From Staphylococcus phage BSwM-KMM1, in the sequence record OP902294.1: a stretch of DNA of 64,000 bases; one strand, given 5' to 3'. The notes under the pieces are model-generated. The model was not told the DNA's origin, did no database searches, and saw only the letters and a program-made list of their open reading frames with translations. A program made the translations under genes and the position numbers. Positions 10,567 through 19,667 of this stretch are shown piece after piece. Numbering within the stretch: the stretch's first letter is position 1; each line of letters begins with the position of its first letter.

Positions 10567-12378
10567 ATGGCAGTAGAACCATTCCCAAGAAGACCTATTA
10601 CCCGCCCACATACATCTATTGAAGTAGATTCATCAGGTATCGGTGGTTCAGCAGGGTCTAGTGAAAAAGTTTTATGTCTTATCGGACAAGCTGAAGGCGG
10701 AACACCAAATGAAGTCGTTAAATTACGTAACTATGCACAAGCTAAAAGATATTTCCGTTCAGGAGAATTATTAGATGCAATTGAATTAGCATGGGGTTCA
10801 AACCCTACTTATACAGCAGGTAAAATTTTAGCTATGCGTATTGAAGATGCTAAACCTGCTTCAGTAGAAGCCGGTGGATTAAAAATTACATCTCAAGTAC
10901 ACGGTAACGTTGCTAATAACATCCAAGTAGGACTAGAAAAGAATACACTAAGTGATTCTTTACGTTTAAGACTAGTTTTCCAGGAAGACCGTGTAAACGA
11001 AGTTTATGATAACATCGGTAATATCTTCACAATTAAGTATACAGGTGACCAAGAGAGTGCAACTTTCTCTGTAGAACACGATGAAGAAACTCAAAAAGCA
11101 AGTCGTTTAGTATTAAAAGTAGCAGACCAAGAAGTTAAATCTTATGACTTAACTAGTGGTGCTTATGATTATACTAACGCTATTATAACAGATATTAACC
11201 AACTACCTGATTTCGAAGCTAAATTATCACCTTTCGGAGATAAAAATTTAGAATCTAATAAATTAGACAAAGTAACAGATGTTGACGTTAAAGATAAAGC
11301 TGTTTATGTAAAAGCTGTTTTCGGAGACTTACAAAAACAAACAGCATACAATAGTCTTGTAACTTTTGAACAACTTACTACAGAAGGTCAAGTCCCAAGT
11401 GATGTAGTAGTAGAACCTGGGGAAGAATCAGCAGAAGTAACTGCTACTTCACCTATTCAAACTATCGAACCTTTTGAGTTGACAAAACTACAAGGTGGTA
11501 CTAATGGAGAACCACCGGCTTCATGGGCAGATAAATTAGATAAATTTGCTCATGAAGGTGGATACTACATCGTACCATTATCAGCTAAACAATCAGTTCA
11601 TGCAGAGGTATCAGCGTTTGTTAAAGAACGTTCAGACTCAGGAGAACCAATGAGAGCTATTGTTGGTGGAGGATTTAATGAGTCTAAAGAACAGTTGTTT
11701 GGTAGACAAGCATCATTATCTAACCCTCGTGTATCATTAGTAGCTAACTCAGGTACATTCGTTATGGACGATGGACGTAAGAACCATGTTCCTGCTTATA
11801 TGGTAGCAGTAGCATTAGGTGGACTTGCAAGTGGTTTAGAGATTGGTGAATCAATTACTTTCAAACCATTACGTGTAAGCTCATTAGACCAAGTATACGA
11901 GTCAATTGATTTAGATGAGTTAAATGAAAATGGTATTATTAGTATCGAGTTTGTTCGTAACCGTACTAATACATTCTTCAGAATTGTTGATGACGTAACT
12001 ACATTCAACGATAAGACAGACCCAGTTAAAGCTGAAATGGCTGTCGGAGAAGCTAATGACTTCTTAGTAACTGAGCTTAAAATACAGCTTGAAGACCAAT
12101 TTATTGGTACTCGTACTATCAATACAAGTGCTTCAATCATTAAAGACTTTATCCAATCTTACTTGGGTCGTAAGAAACGTGATAATGAAATTCAAGACTT
12201 CCCTGCTGAAGACGTACAAGTTATTGTTGAAGGTAACGAAGCAAGAATTTCAATGACAGTTTACCCAATCAGAAGCTTCAAGAAAATTTCTGTTAGCTTG
12301 GTTTACAAGCAACAAACATTAGAAGCCTATCTAGGTTACGGAGTACCTAGATTGGGTACTCCTATTAATATAATTTGA
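10567..12378 (+). CDS. Tail sheath protein.
   Basis: 603-aa intact ORF with RBS TAAGGAGAAT. Its N-terminus (MAVEPFPRRPITRPH...) and its position immediately before the tail tube are typical of Twort-like sheath proteins. Confidence 0.85.
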   Translation: MAVEPFPRRPITRPHTSIEVDSSGIGGSAGSSEKVLCLIGQAEGGTPNEVVKLRNYAQAKRYFRSGELLDAIELAWGSNPTYTAGKILAMRIEDAKPASVEAGGLKITSQVHGNVANNIQVGLEKNTLSDSLRLRLVFQEDRVNEVYDNIGNIFTIKYTGDQESATFSVEHDEETQKASRLVLKVADQEVKSYDLTSGAYDYTNAIITDINQLPDFEAKLSPFGDKNLESNKLDKVTDVDVKDKAVYVKAVFGDLQKQTAYNSLVTFEQLTTEGQVPSDVVVEPGEESAEVTATSPIQTIEPFELTKLQGGTNGEPPASWADKLDKFAHEGGYYIVPLSAKQSVHAEVSAFVKERSDSGEPMRAIVGGGFNESKEQLFGRQASLSNPRVSLVANSGTFVMDDGRKNHVPAYMVAVALGGLASGLEIGESITFKPLRVSSLDQVYESIDLDELNENGIISIEFVRNRTNTFFRIVDDVTTFNDKTDPVKAEMAVGEANDFLVTELKIQLEDQFIGTRTINTSASIIKDFIQSYLGRKKRDNEIQDFPAEDVQVIVEGNEARISMTVYPIRSFKKISVSLVYKQQTLEAYLGYGVPRLGTPINII

Positions 12379-12401
12379 ATACTTTAGGAGAGTGAATACA
12401 G

Positions 12402-12828
12402 ATGGCATCAGAAGCTAAACAAACCGTCCATACTGGTAATACCGTCTTACTTATGATTAAAGGTAAACCGGTAGGAAGAGCACAATCAGCATCAGGTACT
12501 CGTGAATACGGTACAACTGGTGTATACGAAATCGGTTCTATCATGCCTCAAGAACACGTATACTTACGTTATGAAGGTACAATTACAGTAGAACGTTTAC
12601 GTATGAAAAAGAAAACTTTGCAGATTTAGGATATGCTTCACTAGGTGAAGAAATTCTTAAGAAAGATATCATTGATATTTTAGTAGTAGATAACTTAACT
12701 AAACAAGTTATCATTAGTTACCACGGATGTAGTGCTAACAATTATAATGAGACTTGGCAGACAAATGAAATCGTAACAGAAGAAATTGAGTTTAGTTACT
12801 TGACAGCAAGTGACAAAGCACGTACTTA
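12402..12828 (+). CDS. Tail tube protein (~142 aa), frameshifted in an A-run at ~12612.
   Basis: ORF 12402-12629 continues in another frame (..ENFADLGYASLGEEILKKDIIDILVVDNLTKQVII...ASDKART*). It is a small protein directly after the sheath, with RBS AGGAGAGTGA. Confidence 0.8.
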
Positions 12829-12835
12829 ATATATT

Positions 12836-12864
12836 AGACCAACTAAAAAAGTTGGTCTTTTTTA
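12836..12864 (+). terminator. Rho-independent terminator after the tail tube gene.
   Basis: GACCAACT-aaaaa-AGTTGGTC stem followed by TTTTTTAT. Confidence 0.8.
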
Positions 12865-12893
12865 TTGACAATATGAAAATTAAATGCTACTAT
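12865..12893 (+). promoter_or_regulatory. Sigma-A-type promoter: TTGACA, 17-nt spacer, TGcTACTAT.
   Basis: Perfect -35, 17-bp spacer, and a TG-extended but imperfect -10. Confidence 0.55.
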
Positions 12894-12925
12894 AAGAATA
12901 TCAAATAAAAAGGAGATGTACTAAG

Positions 12926-13066
12926 TGGCAAATAAAAGAAAAACAATAGGTAAAATGAGTAATACCAGGGCAACATGGAATATTAACCCTGTAACTAAAG
13001 TTAAGAAAGATAAAACTAAATATTCTAGAAAAAATAAGCATAAAGGTATTGACAACTATAATTAAA
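12926..13066 (+). CDS. Very basic 46-aa peptide (MANKRKTIGKMSNTRATWNINPVTKVKKDKTKYSRKNKHKGIDNYN).
   Basis: GTG start 7 nt after RBS AAAAGGAGATG and downstream of the promoter at 12865. Not in the ORF track because it is shorter than 60 aa. The coding status is uncertain. Confidence 0.3.
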
Positions 13067-13077
13067 TACAGTATACT
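13049..13077 (+). promoter_or_regulatory. Sigma-A-type promoter: TTGACA, 17-nt spacer, TATACT.
   Basis: Consensus -35, 17-bp spacer and TATACT -10, located 30 nt upstream of the RBS/ATG of gene 13108. Confidence 0.7.
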
Positions 13078-13107
13078 AAGAGTATAACAAATAAGGAGGG
13101 GGATTAT

Positions 13108-13560
13108 ATGACTACATTTTGGTCAAAAAGAAGAACAACTGGTAAACATAGACAAGTAAAGAAACATTATACTCAAATGACTTTACAGGAAAAGAAACAA
13201 TGTGTTAAACTATTACAAGATACAGTTAATACACACAAATATTTAGAACTATCAAGTCATTGTAAAACTAAAATTAAAAATGAAATTAATTTCAGTAAGT
13301 TAGTAGGATTTATATTCAAGAGTAATAACGCACCATTTAATATTATTGAATATAATATTACAGACTTCCATGGGGAAAAACAAAGAAGAATAATTTTTAA
13401 AAGTCCTACTATTGTAACTATAGAAGGAGTAAGTAGTTATCAGTATTTAGTTATTAACTTAGAAGATGGTACAATAATAACTACATACTATAATGGTATT
13501 ACAGATACACATAAAACATTAGATTTATATTATTATGATAAAGGCTTGACAATTCAATAA
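13108..13560 (+). CDS. Hypothetical 150-aa protein with its own promoter.
   Basis: Intact ORF with RBS AAGGAGGGGG, a basic N-terminus, and no recognisable motif. Confidence 0.5.
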   Translation: MTTFWSKRRTTGKHRQVKKHYTQMTLQEKKQCVKLLQDTVNTHKYLELSSHCKTKIKNEINFSKLVGFIFKSNNAPFNIIEYNITDFHGEKQRRIIFKSPTIVTIEGVSSYQYLVINLEDGTIITTYYNGITDTHKTLDLYYYDKGLTIQ

Positions 13561-13572
13561 GGAGGAATTATA

Positions 13573-14010
13573 ATGGATAATATTAAAGGAATAATTGTAA
13601 CAACAACATGTGCAAACTTTAAAGAGGGGAATTTTAATTATTAATAAAGACTCAACTAGTCTCCCTTTAGAGGAAGCTTTAGATAGAATAGAGATAGGTT
13701 TAGAAACTAATAGTAATATTAAATTGCCTCACAGAGACAATAAAGGATACTCAATAATTTTACCTAGTTCTATCGTAGGGTATGATGTTCATATAGAAGA
13801 GGAGGGGTTATAATAGGTATTACAGTAGTTAATATATATTTTATTCTATCGAGTATCTTATTTATCGTATTAAGTATATTAAACGGTAAAGGTACAGTTA
13901 CTAAGGAATCACTAGCTATGAGTAAAGCTTTAATGGTAATAACAGCAGTTCAATTTTTAGCATTTTTAATTATTAATGGTATTTATTACTCATTAAAATA
14001 TATGTAATAA
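13573..14010 (+). CDS. Small hypothetical protein(s). An ~84-aa ORF (frameshift near 13625) may continue into a C-terminal 2-TM hydrophobic segment (ITVVNIYFILSSILFIVLSIL...VITAVQFLAFLIINGIYY).
   Basis: RBS AAGGAGGAAT before ATG 13573. ORF 13610-13813 is collinear with it, and the hydrophobic frame 13813-14010 lacks its own start codon. The boundaries are uncertain. Confidence 0.3.
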
Positions 14011-14015
14011 AAGTA

Positions 14016-14044
14016 TTGACAAATTAAAACTAATAAATTATAAT
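14016..14044 (+). promoter_or_regulatory. Perfect consensus sigma-A promoter: TTGACA, 17-nt spacer, TATAAT.
   Basis: Read directly from the sequence. It lies ~25 nt upstream of the RBS AAAGGAGAAT of gene 14069. Confidence 0.8.
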
Positions 14045-14068
14045 AAAGGTATAACAAATTAAAGGAGA

Positions 14069-14389
14069 ATGATAATTATGGCACAAGATAAATTAAGAGC
14101 AGTTTACGAAGAGATGAAAGTAGAATTACACAAATTCCCGAAAGAGATTGATGTAACAAGTAAATCAACAGCAATTGCAATCAATCAGATTTTAGATAAA
14201 TTCAAAAAATTAACAGAGCAAGCAGGTAAAATTACTAAAAAGTATTTAGAAGGTCAAGAGATTTTAACAATCAACTATGAGTACTACGATTCTTTAAATG
14301 AATACTACGTTTATTTATTAAGAAATAGTGATAAGATTAAACAAAGTTTAGAGGAGATTTTAACAAGCACAGAGAAATACGTAAAGTAA
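14069..14389 (+). CDS. Hypothetical 106-aa alpha-helical protein.
   Basis: Intact ORF with a strong RBS and its own consensus promoter. Confidence 0.5.
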   Translation: MIIMAQDKLRAVYEEMKVELHKFPKEIDVTSKSTAIAINQILDKFKKLTEQAGKITKKYLEGQEILTINYEYYDSLNEYYVYLLRNSDKIKQSLEEILTSTEKYVK

Positions 14390-14391
14390 TT

Positions 14392-14425
14392 TTGATTTAA
14401 AAACAAAATATGCTATACTATATTT
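14392..14425 (+). promoter_or_regulatory. Candidate promoter: TTGATT, 16-nt spacer, TGcTATACT.
   Basis: Imperfect -35 paired with an extended -10. Confidence 0.4.
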
Positions 14426-14436
14426 AAAGTAGTAAG

Positions 14437-14489
14437 CCTACACTAGTCCGTGTTATATTAATAATGAATCGGATAAGCGTAGGCTTTAT
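14437..14489 (+). other. Stem-loop AAGCCTAC...GTAGGCTT (9-bp stem, ~31-nt loop) followed by a T-rich tract. It may be a terminator or an RNA structural element.
   Basis: Inverted repeat read directly. Its position downstream of the promoter at 14392 argues for a 5'UTR or attenuator element over a simple terminator. Confidence 0.35.
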
Positions 14490-14519
14490 TAATATTTAAA
14501 AAGGAAGGTACATCATATT

Positions 14520-14982
14520 ATGGCTGAAGAAATTAAAAAGAACAAGAAGTACAAGAGCAAGAAACTACGAAAGAAGATAAAAAGATGTTAGTAAAATGAC
14601 ACCTGAAGAAATAGATGAATTAAAATATCAAGATAGAAAAGAAAAAGAAAAAGTTATTAACAAAGTTATCAAAGGTGTTAATGATACTTGGGAAAAAGAG
14701 TATAACTTCGAAGAATTAGATTTAAGATTTAAAGTTAAAATTAAATTACCTAATGCACGAGAACAAGGTAACATCTTTGCATTACGTTCTGCTTACTTAG
14801 GTGGTATGGATATGTACCAAACAGACCAAGTAATTAGAGCTTACCAAATGTTAGCTACATTACAAGAGGTAGGTATTGAAGTTCCTAAAGAATTCCAAGA
14901 CCCTGACGAAATTTATAACTTATATCCTTTAACTGTTATGTATGAAGATTGGTTAGGTTTCCTAAACTCCTTTCGTTACTAA
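14520..14982 (+). CDS. Hypothetical protein (~154 aa), a possible tail assembly chaperone, frameshifted in an A5 run near 14545.
   Basis: The frames MAEEIKK.. and ..QEVQEQETTKEDKKMLVKMTPEEIDELKYQ... are collinear. It is one of two genes directly preceding the tape-measure gene, so the chaperone assignment rests on position only. Confidence 0.4.
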
Positions 14983-15025
14983 TAGTATAGAAACACTAGA
15001 TAAAGATATAGAACGTTTAGGTGGA

Positions 15026-15562
15026 ATGCAGTCCATTGTTAAACAACCTTTATCTAGGAATCTTTGGGCTATTATGAAAGAGTTTAATGTGTTACCTACC
15101 GAACAAAGATTTAAGGACTTAGATGACTATCAAATAGAGTTTATAATTGGTAACATGAACAGAGATGTTTATGAGTATAATAAACAACTTAAACAAGCTC
15201 AAAAAGGTGGAAAATACGACAGTCAATTCGAAGATGATGATAATAGTTGGTGGAATGAATCTCATGAAGACTTTGACCCAGTACCTGATTTCTTAGACGC
15301 AGAGGACTTAGCACAACAGATGGAAGCTAAATTATCTGATAGAGATAAGGAAGAAAGAGCTAAGAGAAATGATGCAGAGTTAAATGATGAAACAGAAGGA
15401 CTTACTACACAACATCTTGCTATGATGGAATACATTAGAAGAAAGCAAGAAGAGTTAGATGATGAAGTAGGAAACGGTAAGACTAGTGAAGACGATGCTA
15501 CTATATCACAGGATAGCGTTAATAAAGCATTAGAAGATTTAGATGATGATTGGTATATGTAA
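15026..15562 (+). CDS. Acidic hypothetical protein (178 aa), a possible second tail assembly chaperone.
   Basis: Intact ORF immediately upstream of the tape-measure gene. It is D/E-rich, and the assignment rests on position only. Confidence 0.4.
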   Translation: MQSIVKQPLSRNLWAIMKEFNVLPTEQRFKDLDDYQIEFIIGNMNRDVYEYNKQLKQAQKGGKYDSQFEDDDNSWWNESHEDFDPVPDFLDAEDLAQQMEAKLSDRDKEERAKRNDAELNDETEGLTTQHLAMMEYIRRKQEELDDEVGNGKTSEDDATISQDSVNKALEDLDDDWYM

Positions 15563-15612
15563 AGGGTGGTAGGTGATACTACCATCCTTATTTTTTAAAT
15601 GGATGGTGAATA

Positions 15613-18600
15613 ATGATGGCAATGAATGACGATTATAGATTGGTCTTATCCGGTGATAGTTCAGATTTAGAGAATAGTCTGAAGGCTATAGAACTTTATA
15701 TGGACTCTTTAGAGGCTAAAGATATTGATGCCCCTTTAGATAATTTCTTGAAGAAATTAAAAGTAATTGCTAAAGAAGTTAAAAATGTACAGAATGCAAT
15801 GGATAAACAGGAAGGTAAATCTGTAGTATCTGCTAAAGATATGGATGAGACCATTAAATCTACTCAATCTGCTACGAAACAAATAAATGAGTTGCAGAAA
15901 GCTTTAGACGACCTTCAAAAAGAAAATATATCTAAAGGTATAGCACCTGACCCTGAAGTTGAAAAAGCATACGCTAAGATGAACAAAGTTGTTAAAGAGA
16001 CTAGTGAAAATCTTAGTAATATGTCTAACCAAAAAATAGGTTCGGATGCTAGTATTCAAAATAGAATTAAAGAACAGAAAGTATTAAATAAAGTAACTGA
16101 AGAATACAATAAAATAAGTAAAGACTCTAGTTCTACCCAAGATTATACTAAAAGACTAAGAGCTAATCGTAACATGACTAGAGGGTACATGGAACGTTCA
16201 GAAGGAACAGGACGTTTAACGTATGACCAAGGAGCAAGAGTTAGAAGTGAATTAGGTAAGGTAGATTCTTATGAAAGTCAAAGAAAACAAAACCAACGTA
16301 ACTTAACACAAGCAAGAGAACAGTATAGTAACTACGGAAATCAACAACAAGATTTGACGAAACGAAGAGCTAATGGTCAAATTAATAAAGCCCAATATGA
16401 GCAAGAACTAGCTTCTATTAAACAAGAAATGAAAGCTAGAGAAGAACTTATAACTAACTATGAGAAATTAGGGGCTGAACTAGATAAAACTATTCAGTAC
16501 TATAAAGGCTCAGTTCAGAAAGATTTTCAAACTAGAGATGTAGACCAACAACGAGGAACATTCGGTAGAATGGTTCAAGAGCGTTTACCATCTATTGGTT
16601 CTCATGCTATGATGGGTACGACTGCCATGGCTACAGGTTTATATATGAAGGGTGCTTCATTAAGTGAGACAAATAGACCAATGGTTACATCATTAGGTCA
16701 AAATTCAGACAATATGGATATAGATTCTGTAAGAAATGCATATGGGGACTTGTCAATTGATAACAAGTTAGGTTATAATAGTACTGACATGTTGAAAATG
16801 GCTACTTCATATGAATCTTCTGTAGGACATAAAAGTGATGCGGAAACGGAAGCAGGAGCTAAACAACTTGCAATAGGGGGTCGTTCATTAGGAATACAAG
16901 ACCAAGAAGCTTACCAAGAGTCTATGGGTCAAATAATGCATACTGGTGGAGTAAATTCCGATAACATGAAGGAGATGCAAGATGCATTCCTAGGTGGGAT
17001 TAAACAATCAGGTATGGTTGGTCGTCAAGATGAACAACTTAAAGCATTAGGTTCTATAGCTGAGCAATCAGGAGAAGGAAGAACTTTAACTAAAGACCAA
17101 ATGAGTAATCTTACCGCTATACAATCTACTTTTGCAGAGTCAGGAAGTAAAGGATTACAAGGTGAACAAGGTGCCAATGCTATTAATAGTATAGACCAAG
17201 GACTTAAAAATGGTATGGATAGTTCTTATGCTCGTATAGCAATGGGATGGGGAACACAATACCAAGGTCTTGAAGGTGGATACGATTTACAAAAACGTAT
17301 GGATGAAGGAATATCTAATCCTGAAAACTTGACAGATATGTCTGATATGGCTACTCAAATGGGTGGCAGTGAAAAAGAACAAAAATACCTATTTAATAGA
17401 AGTATGAAAGAGATAGGTGCCAACCTTACTATGGAGCAATCTGATGAAATATTTAAAGATGCTCAATCCGGAAAACTATCTAAAGAAGAGTTAGCTAAAA
17501 AGCTAAGAAAATGGAAGAAGAAGGTAGTAAAGAAGGGAAGATAATGCCACTGATTATAAAGAATCTAAGTCAGGTAAAAATGACCAAAATAAAGCTAAGA
17601 CCGATGATAAAGCAGAGGATACTTATGATATAGCCCAACCACTTAGAGATGCTCACAGTGCCCTGGCAGGTTTACCTGCACCTGTATATCTAGCAATAGG
17701 TGCAATAGGGGCATTTACAGCTTCATTAATTGCATCAGCAGGTCAATTCGGAGCCGGACATCTAATTGGTAAAGGTGCTAAAGGCATGAGAAACAAATGG
17801 AATGATAGAAAAGGAGGTAACTCAGGAGGCGGGATTGCTCCTGGCGGAGGCTCTCCTAAAGGAGGCGGGTCTCCTAAAGGTGGGGGAACTCGTTCTACAG
17901 GTGGTAAAATTCTCGATGGTGCTAAAGGATTAGGAGGATTCCTAATTGGAGCAGGGGTACTAGAGGAGCTAAAGATACCACTAAAAAGCTTTTGAAGGTA
18001 CTAAAAAGTATTTAATAGAGATAATGGTAGAAAAGCTATGGATAAATCTAAAGATATAGCTAAAGGTACTGGTAGCGGGCTTAAAGATTTATATAGTGGT
18101 AGTATACTAGGTAAAGAAAGAAGACAGAACCTAGGAGAGAAAGCTAAAGGACTATACGGTAAATTTGCTGATAAGTTTGGTGATGGAAGTAAAAATGGTA
18201 TTCTATCACAATCACCTAACGCAGGAGGTAGTGGAATAGGTAAGTTAGGAAAACTTGCCGGAGGATTAGGAAAAGGTGCAGGACTCTTAGGAGTTGGAGC
18301 ATCCGCACTATCTCTTATACCTGCTCTAGCATCAGGAGACGATAAAGCTATAGGCAAAGGCGTAGGCTCTATGGGTGGCGGAATGGCAGGTGCATCCGCA
18401 GGAGCTTCTATAGGAGCACTATTCGGAGGAGTAGGCGCAGTACCTGGAGCTTTAATAGGAGGAGCTGTCGGTTCTATCGGTGGAGGAGCTGTCGGTGAAA
18501 AAGTCGGAGATATGGCTAAAAGTGCAAACACTAAAGATGGGTGGAAATTATGGTCTAATGGAGACAAAGACGGTAAGAATAAATTCCAAGACTCTTTATT

Positions 18601-19594
18601 AGGTAAACCTATATCTAAAGCATGGAGTGGTGTAACAGGTCTCTTTGATAATGACGCTGAAGCATCTGAAGAAGATAGTAAAGATAAGAAAAAGGCGTTA
18701 AAGGTGTTAAAGGAGATACTAAGAAGAAAGAAAAAATGACAGCAGAACAACTTAGAGAAAAGAATAATCAATCTGAAACTAAGAACCTTAAAATCTATAG
18801 TGACTTACTTGACAGAGCTCAGAAAATTATTGAGAGTGCTAAAGGTATAAATATAGACGGAGGAACATCTGATGGTGGTTCTGATAGCGGAGGCTCTGCA
18901 TCTGATATAGGTGGAGAAGGCGCAGAGAAAATGTATAAGTTCCTAAAAGTAAAGACCTATCTGATAATCAGGTAGGAGCTATTATGGGTAACTTAAAACA
19001 AGAATCTAATTTAGACCCCAAAGCTGTTAACCAATCTAGTGGTGCATTTGGTATAGCCCAATGGATGGGAGATAGAAAAGCAGGGTTGGATAAATTTGCC
19101 AAAGAAAAAGGTAAAAGAATACTGACCTAGATGTACAGTTAGACTATCTATGGAAAGAGATGCAGTCCGACTATGAAAGTAACAACCTCAAAAATGCAGG
19201 TTGGAGTAAGGACGCAAGCTTAGAGAAGAATACTAATGCATTTGCTACCGGATTTGAGCGTATGGGAGCAAATGAAGCTATGATGAGCACCCGTGTTAAC
19301 AATGCTAAAGAATTCAAGAAGAAATACGGAGGCTCTGGTGGCGGAGGAGGTGGAGGAGCTCTATCTTCTACTTACCAAGAAGCTATGAGTAACCCTGTAT
19401 TAACTACCGGTTCTAATTATAAAGGCTCTAATGACGCTTCTAATGCCTCTACAACTAACAGAATAACAGTTAATGTTAACGTTCAAGGCGGAAATAATCC
19501 TGAAGAAACTGGAGACATTATCGGAGGAAGAATTAGAGAAGTTCTAGACAGTAATATGGATATATTTGCAAATGAATATAAGAGAAGTTATTAA
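15613..19594 (+). CDS. Tail tape-measure protein (~1327 aa) fragmented by at least 5 frameshifts (near 17545, ~17780, ~18000, 18738 and ~19100). It contains Gly-rich repeats (GGGSPKGGGSPKGGG) and a lysozyme/transglycosylase-like segment.
   Basis: The collinear ORFs 15613-17544, 17786-17995, 18038-18739, 18736-18975 and 19160-19594 are all in sense orientation with a coiled-coil N-terminal half. Length and position are as in Twort-like TMPs. The motif ...NLKQESNLDPKAVNQSSGAFGIAQWMGDRKAGLDKF... (18960-19140) resembles phage tail lysozyme domains. Confidence 0.85.
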
Positions 19595-19604
19595 TAATTT
19601 TGTA

Positions 19605-19633
19605 TTGACACAGGAGTAGTATCGTAGTATACT
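19605..19633 (+). promoter_or_regulatory. Sigma-A-type promoter: TTGACA, 17-nt spacer, TATACT.
   Basis: Consensus elements between the TMP and TAME genes, with no terminator in between. Confidence 0.7.
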
Positions 19634-19667
19634 ACTCTTATACATATAAAAAAATAAAAGGAAGTAT

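Noticed and set aside
14520-15562. Programmed -1 frameshift between the two genes preceding the TMP (the tail chaperone G/GT paradigm).
   Set aside because: The two ORFs are separated by ~43 nt containing stops in all frames. The only frameshift seen (14545) is an A5-run artefact at the 5' end, and no slippery heptamer overlap is present.
18001-18771. 256-aa Pro-rich ORF on the minus strand.
   Set aside because: It is the antisense reading of the Gly/Ala-rich (GGN/GCN) segment of the tape-measure gene, with no start context.
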